Below, piece by piece: positions 38,785 through 46,347 of a DNA stretch of 64,000 nucleotides. The translations under genes were made by a program, and so were the position numbers. This DNA is from Armatimonadota bacterium (lineage in GTDB: Bacteria > Sysuimicrobiota > Sysuimicrobiia > Sysuimicrobiales > Humicultoraceae), in contig JBQTJG010000332.1 of NCBI GenBank assembly GCA_052387355.1, forward strand, positions 1,302 to 65,301, read 5' to 3'. Each line of letters opens with the position of its first letter. Position 1 is the stretch's first letter. The notes under the pieces were generated by a model, which made no database searches, was not told where the DNA came from, and was given only the letters and a program-made list of their open reading frames with translations.

Positions 38785-40239
38785 ATGCGGCCCGCCCGGC
38801 TTCGCTTCGACCGCGGCTCTCTGCGCCTGGACGTCCCCAGGACCACAAAGGTCCCGCCCTACCTGATGTGGGATGACCGCGTACACGCCTGGCGCACCGA
38901 AGCGCTTCGTTACCTCCAGATCCGGGAAGATGCCGCGAGGTACCGTCTACAACTTGCGGACGAAGCGGAGAAGTTCTTCGACTGCCCGCCGCTTAACCCC
39001 GCGCTCCCGCCGCTGCGGCCAGACCAGCAGGCTGCTGTCAACGCCTGGGAGCACGCCGGCTGTCGGGGCGTCATCGTGAAACCCACGGGCACCGGAAAGA
39101 CCGAGATCGCGCTCGCCGTCATCGCCCGGCACCTCGTTTCAGCGCTGATCGTCGTGCCGCTCCGCGATCTGATGTATCAATGGCAGCGGCGGATCAGGCA
39201 CGCACTGGGACGCGACGCCGGGATTCTGGGGGACAACCGGCGAGAGGTCTGGCCCATCACCGTTACCACGTATGACAGCGCCTACATCCACATGAGAGAG
39301 ATCGGCAATCGCTTTCGACTGATCGTCTTCGACGAGGCGCACCACCTGCCGGCGCCATCGCTTCGGGAAGGCGCGCTCGACTGCCTGGCCCCGATGCGGC
39401 TCGGTCTCACCGCGACCCCCTGGCGGGCCGACGGCCAGGACCGGCTGCTGGAGCAGCTCATCGGTCCCGTCGTCTATCAGGAGCAAATCTCTGAGGCGAG
39501 AGGCCGGACGCTGGCGAACTACACGGTCATCCGCGTGCCGATCTACCTCAGCGACGAGGAGCAGGCCGAGGTCGATGTGCTCTCACGACGTGTACGCGCG
39601 TATGTGGCTCACCGCCGGCGTGAGGCGCCGCAAGGGCGACCGCCGGGCGCGGCCGGGCGGAACGGCGCCCGCACCTTTGATTGGACGCACGATCTGGCCA
39701 GGCATGCACGCACCGACCCTGAGGCCAAGGCCATTCTTCGGGCGTACCGGCGCAAGCTGGCGATCATCCACCGCTCAACAGAGAAGCTCCGCGTGGTCGA
39801 AGACATTCTGCACCTCCACCCTGCTGAGCAGTGTGTCATTTTCACCGCCTCCAACCGCATGGCGCTCGACGTCTCGGCGCGTTTTCTTATCCCAGCCCTC
39901 ACCTCCCATTCGGATAAGCAGGAACGGAACGTCGTCCTTGATCTGTTCGCGCAGGGGAAGCTTCGTGCGCTGGTCGCCTGCGAGGTGCTCAACGAGGGTT
40001 GGGATGCGCCGGCCGTGAAGGTCGGTGTGGTGCTGGGAGGAGAGAAGGGCGCGAAGGAAGCGGTGCAGCGCATTGGCCGGCTGCTCCGCAAGTCCGGTGA
40101 CCGCACCGCGCGCCTGTACGAGGTTGTGGTTCAAGAGAGCCCGGACGTCGCCAGGGCGCGGCGGCGGAGCCGCACCGATGCTTACCAGACAGCAACGCGT
40201 CTATCACTGGATCAAGCCAGGCAGCTCGATCTCTTCTGA
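38785..40239 (+). CDS. XPB/Ssl2(ERCC3)-like superfamily-2 DNA helicase
   Basis: N-terminal RLRFDRGSLRLD, motif I KPTGTGKT, motif II VFDEAHHL and motif III LGLTATPWRADGQD..LIGPVVY. The last is colinear with the XPB TATxxRED..LIGP segment. A helicase C-domain follows. Confidence 0.75.
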   Translation: MRPARLRFDRGSLRLDVPRTTKVPPYLMWDDRVHAWRTEALRYLQIREDAARYRLQLADEAEKFFDCPPLNPALPPLRPDQQAAVNAWEHAGCRGVIVKPTGTGKTEIALAVIARHLVSALIVVPLRDLMYQWQRRIRHALGRDAGILGDNRREVWPITVTTYDSAYIHMREIGNRFRLIVFDEAHHLPAPSLREGALDCLAPMRLGLTATPWRADGQDRLLEQLIGPVVYQEQISEARGRTLANYTVIRVPIYLSDEEQAEVDVLSRRVRAYVAHRRREAPQGRPPGAAGRNGARTFDWTHDLARHARTDPEAKAILRAYRRKLAIIHRSTEKLRVVEDILHLHPAEQCVIFTASNRMALDVSARFLIPALTSHSDKQERNVVLDLFAQGKLRALVACEVLNEGWDAPAVKVGVVLGGEKGAKEAVQRIGRLLRKSGDRTARLYEVVVQESPDVARARRRSRTDAYQTATRLSLDQARQLDLF

Positions 40240-41353
40240 TCGGCTGGAAGGCGAGTGCCTGCCTCATCTTGCCCGGGCGATCGCCGTCTACCGCCGGATG
40301 ACCGGTCGCCATCTCGGCCGCGTGCGCGACGCGGCACGGGCGGCCCTCCAGGCGCTCCGGCCCGAACAGATCGAGGCGATCATCAAGCTCCTGGATGATG
40401 CGGCCACGTACGAGTGGCCCCCCGGATCGCAGCAGGCATCATCGAGACTGCGCGTGTTCGAGGCAGCCGGCCTGGAACATCCGGTGTTGGACCGCGCGCG
40501 GGCCGGCATCCTGCTGCGATCGAGACTAGGTGCTCTCCCCAGCGACGTCGATGACGCCGTCCCACTGCTGTATGCTGACTACCCCGAGTTTCACCGCCTG
40601 CGGGCCTTCCCGATCGGGTACTCAGCCGATGAGCTGTGGGCCGACTATGATCTCGCCCAGGCCCAGGCGCTGCTCTATGATGCGGTCCGGGTGACGGTGG
40701 ACGCCACCGGTGACTTCAGGCACATCGTCCAGTACGCGCGTCTCTCGCGCCTGCTCCACCGGATCGAGCGGCTGCGAGGAGGCGGATACCGGCTCGTGTT
40801 CGACGGACCCAACTCAGTGCTCAGACACACGCATGCCTACGGCGTCGACTTCGCCAGATTTCTGGGCGCGCTCGTCCAGGCCCAGGGCTGGCGGATGACG
40901 GCGGCGATCACCCTCCGGAAGGGCTGGCGTCCGGCCACATTTTCGCTCTCCGACGCCGACGGGCTCCGCTCGCGAGTACCCGCGCCCGCGCTGTTCGACT
41001 CCCGGTTGGAGGAGACGTTCGCGCGTAAGTTCGGGAACGAGCGCCAGGGTTGGCGCCTGGCGCGCGAAGCGGTGATCCTGGAGGCGGGCGAGGCCCTGAT
41101 CGTCCCCGATTTCGTCTTCACGCATGAGGACGGCACCCACGCGGCGCTGGAGATCGTGGGCTACTGGACGCCTGAGTATCTGGAGGAGAAGTTCGCCAAG
41201 CTTGCCCGGGTGCGGGCCCCGAATCTGATCGTGGCTGTCCGGAGAGCGCTCGCCGTCCAGGCAGGCAGTCTTCCTGCCACAGTCCTGCCTTTCGCCAGTG
41301 GGATTCTCCTGCGGGACCTGATGCCCCGGCTGGAGGCGTTCAGGCGTTCCTGA
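40178..41353 (+). CDS. DUF790 / Bax1-like nuclease family protein (XPB partner)
   Basis: 391 aa encoded directly after the XPB-like gene, with a 62-nt out-of-frame overlap. The call rests on overall resemblance to DUF790 proteins, including the C-terminal PDFVF..ALEIVGYWTPEYLEEK segment. Confirm with an HMM search. Confidence 0.6.
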   Translation: MLTRQQRVYHWIKPGSSISSDRLEGECLPHLARAIAVYRRMTGRHLGRVRDAARAALQALRPEQIEAIIKLLDDAATYEWPPGSQQASSRLRVFEAAGLEHPVLDRARAGILLRSRLGALPSDVDDAVPLLYADYPEFHRLRAFPIGYSADELWADYDLAQAQALLYDAVRVTVDATGDFRHIVQYARLSRLLHRIERLRGGGYRLVFDGPNSVLRHTHAYGVDFARFLGALVQAQGWRMTAAITLRKGWRPATFSLSDADGLRSRVPAPALFDSRLEETFARKFGNERQGWRLAREAVILEAGEALIVPDFVFTHEDGTHAALEIVGYWTPEYLEEKFAKLARVRAPNLIVAVRRALAVQAGSLPATVLPFASGILLRDLMPRLEAFRRS

Positions 41354-41478
41354 AACCCCGTGAACGTTTTGACCCCCTCCCGCAACTAACAGGGCAAACG
41401 GCAGGCCGATCCTCGTGCAGGGATTCTACGCGCTGCGTGACAGGTACTCGCATCGATGGGAAGATCAGATGCGTGCCG

Positions 41479-41883
41479 CTAAGGTTTCCGGGTGATCCCG
41501 TCAGACGGAAACCGCTCGTCGAAGGTGTAGACGACTGACACCTTTCTGGATCGGGCGGCCGCCCAGATGAGCGCATCCCCAAAGGAGATCCGCGCGGACT
41601 TCCTGCACATCAGCAGACCGAGAATCATGTACTCTTTCTCAGCACCCAGCGAGATGATATTTCGTCGCTGCACAAGCGCGGCGAGGGCGTCCACCACAGC
41701 CGCACGCGATACACGATAGACGGTGGTGAGCACGTAGGCCGTCTCAACGATGCCGACGTCGGTCACGCGCAATTGAAGGTTGCTGTCGATCATCTCGCGC
41801 GCGAGGTTGGCTGTCTTTGGAGGCTGCCCGGTCAGGTAGCGAATCATGAAGGAAGCGTCCAGGACCCCGCTGAGGTCCGTCAT
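41479..41883 (-). CDS. vapC: PIN-domain toxin, VapC-like
   Basis: N-terminal VLDASFMIRYL, then ETAYVL and a C-terminal YTFDERF (PIN acidic residues). ATGA overlap with the upstream antitoxin gene. Confidence 0.75.
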   Translation of the reverse strand: MTDLSGVLDASFMIRYLTGQPPKTANLAREMIDSNLQLRVTDVGIVETAYVLTTVYRVSRAAVVDALAALVQRRNIISLGAEKEYMILGLLMCRKSARISFGDALIWAAARSRKVSVVYTFDERFPSDGITRKP

Positions 41884-42215
41884 CTTTTCCGCCTCATTCC
41901 CCGACGAAGGGGAACGCGACGGACGCGTCGTGACGCCGATGCGGGCGGGAGTGTCGTCCGCTCCTCTTGCATCCTGGCAGCCGCTTGCCACGCCTGCTCC
42001 TTAATAGCAATCCACTCCCGGGCAGGGACATCCTTCGGCGTGTGCTTGGCAAGGATTCCAAAGAGCGATTCCGTGTGATCCGGCGGGATGAACCGGATCT
42101 CAACCCGGTCATCGACCAGCGTCTGGATTGCGACGGCTCCTGGCGCCACCCGCAGCCGGTCGCGGATGGGCTTCTCGATAACGATCTGGCCCTTAGATCC
42201 CACAATCGTCGGCAT
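41880..42215 (-). CDS. vapB: AbrB/MazE/SpoVT-type antitoxin, VapB-like
   Basis: Starts MPTIVGSKGQIVIEKPIRDRLRV (swapped-hairpin DNA-binding domain). AGGAGGGG SD is present. The C-terminal tail is longer and more Arg-rich than usual. Confidence 0.7.
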   Translation of the reverse strand: MPTIVGSKGQIVIEKPIRDRLRVAPGAVAIQTLVDDRVEIRFIPPDHTESLFGILAKHTPKDVPAREWIAIKEQAWQAAARMQEERTTLPPASASRRVRRVPLRRGMRRKR

Positions 42216-42235
42216 GAGGGCCCCTCCTGAGAGAA

Positions 42236-42265
42236 AGTATAACAAAACCAAGGATTCATACTCAA
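42236..42265 (-). promoter_or_regulatory. Putative sigma-70-type promoter of vapBC
   Basis: On the minus strand: TTGAGT (42265-42260), an 18-nt spacer, TATACT (42241-42236), then about 20 nt to the ATG. Confidence 0.4.
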
Positions 42266-42333
42266 GGCCAGTGGATGGAATACGACAGGGAGTAGGGTCA
42301 GCAAGGACAACCTGGGTCTCTGGCCCGGCGCGA

Positions 42334-43104
42334 TCAGAAGTAGTTGGACGTGATCCCGCCGTCCGCCGTGAGCACCGATCCATTGGTCCAGGATGATTCG
42401 TTTGAGGCCAGATACATCGCCAGATAGACGATGTCTTCGGACCGGCCGAAGCGGCCCATCGGGATGCGCGCCAGGCGCACGCTCCGCGCCTCGGGGTTGG
42501 CCAGCAACCAGCTCGTCAAGAGGGGGGTCTCGATCGGCCCCGGACAGATGGCGTTCGTGCGGATGCCTTTGGGGCCAAACTGCACGGCAAGGGACTTCGT
42601 CAAGGCGATCACGCCGCCCTTACTCGCCGTGTACGCGTCCTGGGGCACCGTGCACCCGACCAGGGCCACAAACGAGGCAATATTGATGATGGATCCGCCT
42701 CCGGCGCGCAGCAGGGCTGGGATGCCGTGTTTACAGACCAGATAAATCCCCTTGAGATTCACGTTCATGACGCGGTCCCAGACCGCTTCGTCGAGATCAG
42801 TCACGGCGCCATCCTCGGCGGGGAAAATCCCAGCGTTGTTGTAGAGGACATCCAGTCTGCCAAAGGCGGTTTCACCGGCTCGGACGGCGGCGGCGACGTC
42901 AGCTTCCCTAGACACGTCGGTGCGCGCGAAGATCGCCTCGCTTCCCGCTGCGCGCACCTGCGTGACGGTCTCCCGGCCGGCTGATTCCGCGACCTCAGCA
43001 ACGATGATGCGTGCGCCCTCGCGGGCGAACGCCTCTGACGCCAGCCGTCCCATGCCGCTACCCGCGCCCGTAATGAGCGCGACCTTGCCATCAAGACGCC
43101 CCAC
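42334..43104 (-). CDS. SDR-family oxidoreductase
   Basis: Motifs are ITGAGSGMGR, NNAG and YTASKGG. Confidence 0.8.
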   Translation of the reverse strand: MGRLDGKVALITGAGSGMGRLASEAFAREGARIIVAEVAESAGRETVTQVRAAGSEAIFARTDVSREADVAAAVRAGETAFGRLDVLYNNAGIFPAEDGAVTDLDEAVWDRVMNVNLKGIYLVCKHGIPALLRAGGGSIINIASFVALVGCTVPQDAYTASKGGVIALTKSLAVQFGPKGIRTNAICPGPIETPLLTSWLLANPEARSVRLARIPMGRFGRSEDIVYLAMYLASNESSWTNGSVLTADGGITSNYF

Positions 43105-43146
43105 TGGAATCCCCCCTGCACTTAGAATGCATCGTGCACACCGTGT

Positions 43147-44442
43147 TCAGAGTCTCGTCCCTTCGATGAGCGCCGTGACACCACCCTTGCGGAACAGCGT
43201 GGTCGCCCGATCGGCCGGCAGCGTTCGGGTCTCCAGGCGGCGGCGGATCGGGGAGAGGAACTGTGCTTCACGCCGCCGGCGCCGCCGGAGGGCCGCCTCG
43301 CAGAGATCCACCAGCCCGGCGAGAAACCCGGGCACGGGTTCTCGGGCCTTGACGCCGTACCGCGTGGCCCCTCGACGATACTCCGCCAGCGCAGGCCACG
43401 GATCAGGTCCCAGACGATCGCGGACAAACGTGTCCAGGTGAGGCAGCGACTCAACGAGCCCAAGCGATAGCGCGCCGGCTGCGAGCATCTCATCCGGAGG
43501 CTGCTGGCAGGGGGGCCGGATCTCAATGGTGCCATTCTGTATCCGTGGGCGCGCGCTGTTCCAGGTGTAGTGTTCATGCACGAGGTAGGCGTCGAGATCC
43601 GGACCGTGAGCCGCGAGATACGTCGTGAATGGGCGGCCGTACTGCGCGTAGCGCCCGTTCCTCTTGAGGACGTAGCAGGGCTGTGCGCAGATGAACGTGA
43701 GGAACTCCTCAAGGTTGGCAAACCGGCGCGGGGTCATGCCGTGGCGGTGATCCCCCAACCCCCCCAGCAGGCCCTCTCGTCCCGAAGAGAATCGTCCAAC
43801 CCGTCCTCCGTACACCGAAGAGTTGGCGGTCAGGGCGATGATCGGTCCCGACAGAAGGTTCAGCATATTAATGGCGTCTACGAGTTCGGCGCGCGAGATA
43901 TCCACCTGCACCTGGTCGCTGGCGGTGGTGGCGAAATGAAGCCACGGACGCCCGATGGCACGATAGAGAACCGCGTACCGCTGCTTCGGCGTCATCAGCC
44001 CAACGCTCGCTCTCGCGCGAGGTTGGATGCCGTAACCCAGGACGCGCATTCCGCAAGAGTCCGCCGCACGGACGAGTCGGCCGATCGCGGCCGCGGAAAT
44101 CGTTTCAAGCTGCGCCAGGTCGTCCACCGGCGGCAGGACGATCTCGGCCGTTGCGCGGCCCACTTCGATCTCGTAGCCGACCGACCCAACGTCGACCCGG
44201 ACGATCATCTTTTTGCTGTTGGGATCGTCGTAAGTGACGCGCGCGCCACCGTCCGCGACGAGCGGCTCCCACAGCAGTGACGCGTCGCCGGCCCGCCCGT
44301 CGGGCCAGACGAGCGGAAACTCCGCCTCACGGCCGATCCGCCGCAAGGCGCCGACCCGGACCGGAAAATGGCCCGTCACCTGTTCCGCCAGGCGCTCGAT
44401 GGCCGCCTGAACGGGCCGCCCCGGCGATCGGGGTGTGGTCAT
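43147..44442 (-). CDS. Glutamate-cysteine-ligase family 2 (GCS2 / carboxylate-amine ligase) protein
   Basis: 431 aa with RIGREAEFPLV near the N-terminus and general resemblance to YbdK/GCS2 proteins. Called by eye only. Confidence 0.55.
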   Translation of the reverse strand: MTTPRSPGRPVQAAIERLAEQVTGHFPVRVGALRRIGREAEFPLVWPDGRAGDASLLWEPLVADGGARVTYDDPNSKKMIVRVDVGSVGYEIEVGRATAEIVLPPVDDLAQLETISAAAIGRLVRAADSCGMRVLGYGIQPRARASVGLMTPKQRYAVLYRAIGRPWLHFATTASDQVQVDISRAELVDAINMLNLLSGPIIALTANSSVYGGRVGRFSSGREGLLGGLGDHRHGMTPRRFANLEEFLTFICAQPCYVLKRNGRYAQYGRPFTTYLAAHGPDLDAYLVHEHYTWNSARPRIQNGTIEIRPPCQQPPDEMLAAGALSLGLVESLPHLDTFVRDRLGPDPWPALAEYRRGATRYGVKAREPVPGFLAGLVDLCEAALRRRRRREAQFLSPIRRRLETRTLPADRATTLFRKGGVTALIEGTRL

Positions 44443-44768
44443 GAGCCCGCGTTCTCAGAGTGCTCTAGGCCACGCAGCATGGTGCAATCCGCTTTACCAC
44501 ATCAAACATGCAGAGCCCCCGATTCTCGCCCGACCGCAATACCCCTTCCCAGGGCGGGCCTACTTGAGTGCGCGTCCCAGCCCGCAGGGGGCGTGTCCGG
44601 TCAGTCGTAGAAGTCTGGCACGGCTCCGATGCCTTAGACGCCGTAGCATGTGCCGTCGAGGCACAATCTGCAGGACTGGCTCCTGCCACAGTGAATTGTA
44701 CGGCGAACTTCGATGCTACCAGTCGGTTGGTCGGCGATTGGAGTTGTTCCAGAAAAGGGAGGATCGCG

Positions 44769-46343
44769 ATGGCTACACGCAAGCGAGGATCGCGGATGAC
44801 CCGAAGACAGTTCGTCGCGGGAGCGGCCGCGGCGATGGCCTCGACCGGGCTGTTGAAGTACGCCCTCCCTGCGGCTGGTGCCCCCGCGCCAGCCCCGGCG
44901 CAGGCGCCGGGCAGACCGAGCACGGGCGGTGTCCTGCGCACGACGCTGGGCGCCGAGCCCACCACACTCGATCCTCACCGTGTCGTGTCGCTCTTTGACT
45001 ACGATGTCAAGGATGCAATTTTCTCCCCACTGATCAGCGACGAGTTCACCGACGGTCCTCGTGGGGCGCTCGCGGAATCATGGGAATCACCCGACGCCTC
45101 CACCTACATCTTCAAGCTCCGTCGCGGCGCGCGGTTCCACGACGGGTCGCCGGTCACGGCCGATACGGTGAAGTCCAGCTTCGAGCGCGTCGCCGCCCAG
45201 GGCACCGGGCTACTCAGGTCCATCCCCGACCAGGTCGCCTCCGTTGACGTGCTCGACACACAGACGGTCAGGTTCAGGCTCAAGGCGCGCAATGCCGCCT
45301 TTCTCATCGACCTTGCTGACATGGCGATTGTGCCCAAGGACTTCGACCCGACTCGCCCAGTCGGAGCCGGCCCGTTCCAGTTCGTCGAGTGGGTGCGCCT
45401 CCGACACGTACGGGTCAAGAAGTTTCCCGGTTTCTGGCGCGAGGGCCGTCCGTACCTTGACGAGGTTGTCTTCATGCCGACGCCGGACGAGAATCAGAAG
45501 ATCGTTCTGCTGGAGACGGGGCAGGTCGAATTCACCGACACGGTGCCGCTGCCTCGCGTCCGCGACGTCGAGCGCGGCGGCAAAGTAAACGTCCTGAGCG
45601 TCCCGCCCGGCGTGTCGCCGTCCAGCTACTACATGCTCACCCGCGCCGACCGTCCGCCGCTCGACAACGTCAAGGTCCGACAGGCCATGAACCTCGCCAT
45701 CGACCGCAAGGCGCTCATGGAGGTGCTCTTTGGGAAGGGCACGTTGAAGTCCAACATCATCCCGCCCAAACACTGGGCGTTCAACCCCGAGTCCGTCTCG
45801 TTCAACGAACGCGATGTCAGTCGGGCGCGAAAGCTGCTGGCCGAGGCGGGGCAGGGCAGCGGGTTTGCATTGCAATTGAAGCACTTCACGGCCCGCGCCG
45901 AGTTCGCCCCGCTTGCGCAGGTCATCGCGGCGAACCTGGCCGAGATCGGTATCAAAGTCGACGTGTTTCCCTTCCAGATTGGCATCTGGCTCAACCAGGT
46001 CCTGGTCGAGCGAGACTTTCAAATCGCGCTCTCTGGGATCATCCCACGCTATGATCCAGACATCATGCTGGGGGAACAGTACTCGATTCGCCGGATCAAC
46101 GGCAAGGCGATTGGCTGGCGGCACGAGCTCTTCGAAAAGCAAATCGATCAGGGCCGGGCTGTCGTCGACCAGGAGGCCCGCAAGCGCGTGTACCTCCACG
46201 CCCAGTTGATCGCGCAGTGGGAGGCCCCCGGGTTTGTCCTGAACGAGCGGCCGATCCTGATGGGCGCGGCGCAGAGCGTGCAGGGCTTCAGACCCGACGT
46301 GCGGCAACTCATTCGCTTCGAGGATGTGTGGCTGAAGCGATAA
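44769..46343 (+). CDS. ABC transporter substrate-binding protein, family 5 (peptide/nickel/opine type), Tat-exported
   Basis: Twin-arginine signal MATRKRGSRMTRRQFVAGAAAAMASTG. Family-5 SBP-like sequence (LRTTLGAEPTTLDP...). GGGAGGA SD is present. No permease or ATPase genes are adjacent. Confidence 0.75.
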   Translation: MATRKRGSRMTRRQFVAGAAAAMASTGLLKYALPAAGAPAPAPAQAPGRPSTGGVLRTTLGAEPTTLDPHRVVSLFDYDVKDAIFSPLISDEFTDGPRGALAESWESPDASTYIFKLRRGARFHDGSPVTADTVKSSFERVAAQGTGLLRSIPDQVASVDVLDTQTVRFRLKARNAAFLIDLADMAIVPKDFDPTRPVGAGPFQFVEWVRLRHVRVKKFPGFWREGRPYLDEVVFMPTPDENQKIVLLETGQVEFTDTVPLPRVRDVERGGKVNVLSVPPGVSPSSYYMLTRADRPPLDNVKVRQAMNLAIDRKALMEVLFGKGTLKSNIIPPKHWAFNPESVSFNERDVSRARKLLAEAGQGSGFALQLKHFTARAEFAPLAQVIAANLAEIGIKVDVFPFQIGIWLNQVLVERDFQIALSGIIPRYDPDIMLGEQYSIRRINGKAIGWRHELFEKQIDQGRAVVDQEARKRVYLHAQLIAQWEAPGFVLNERPILMGAAQSVQGFRPDVRQLIRFEDVWLKR

Positions 46344-46347
46344 CTCG

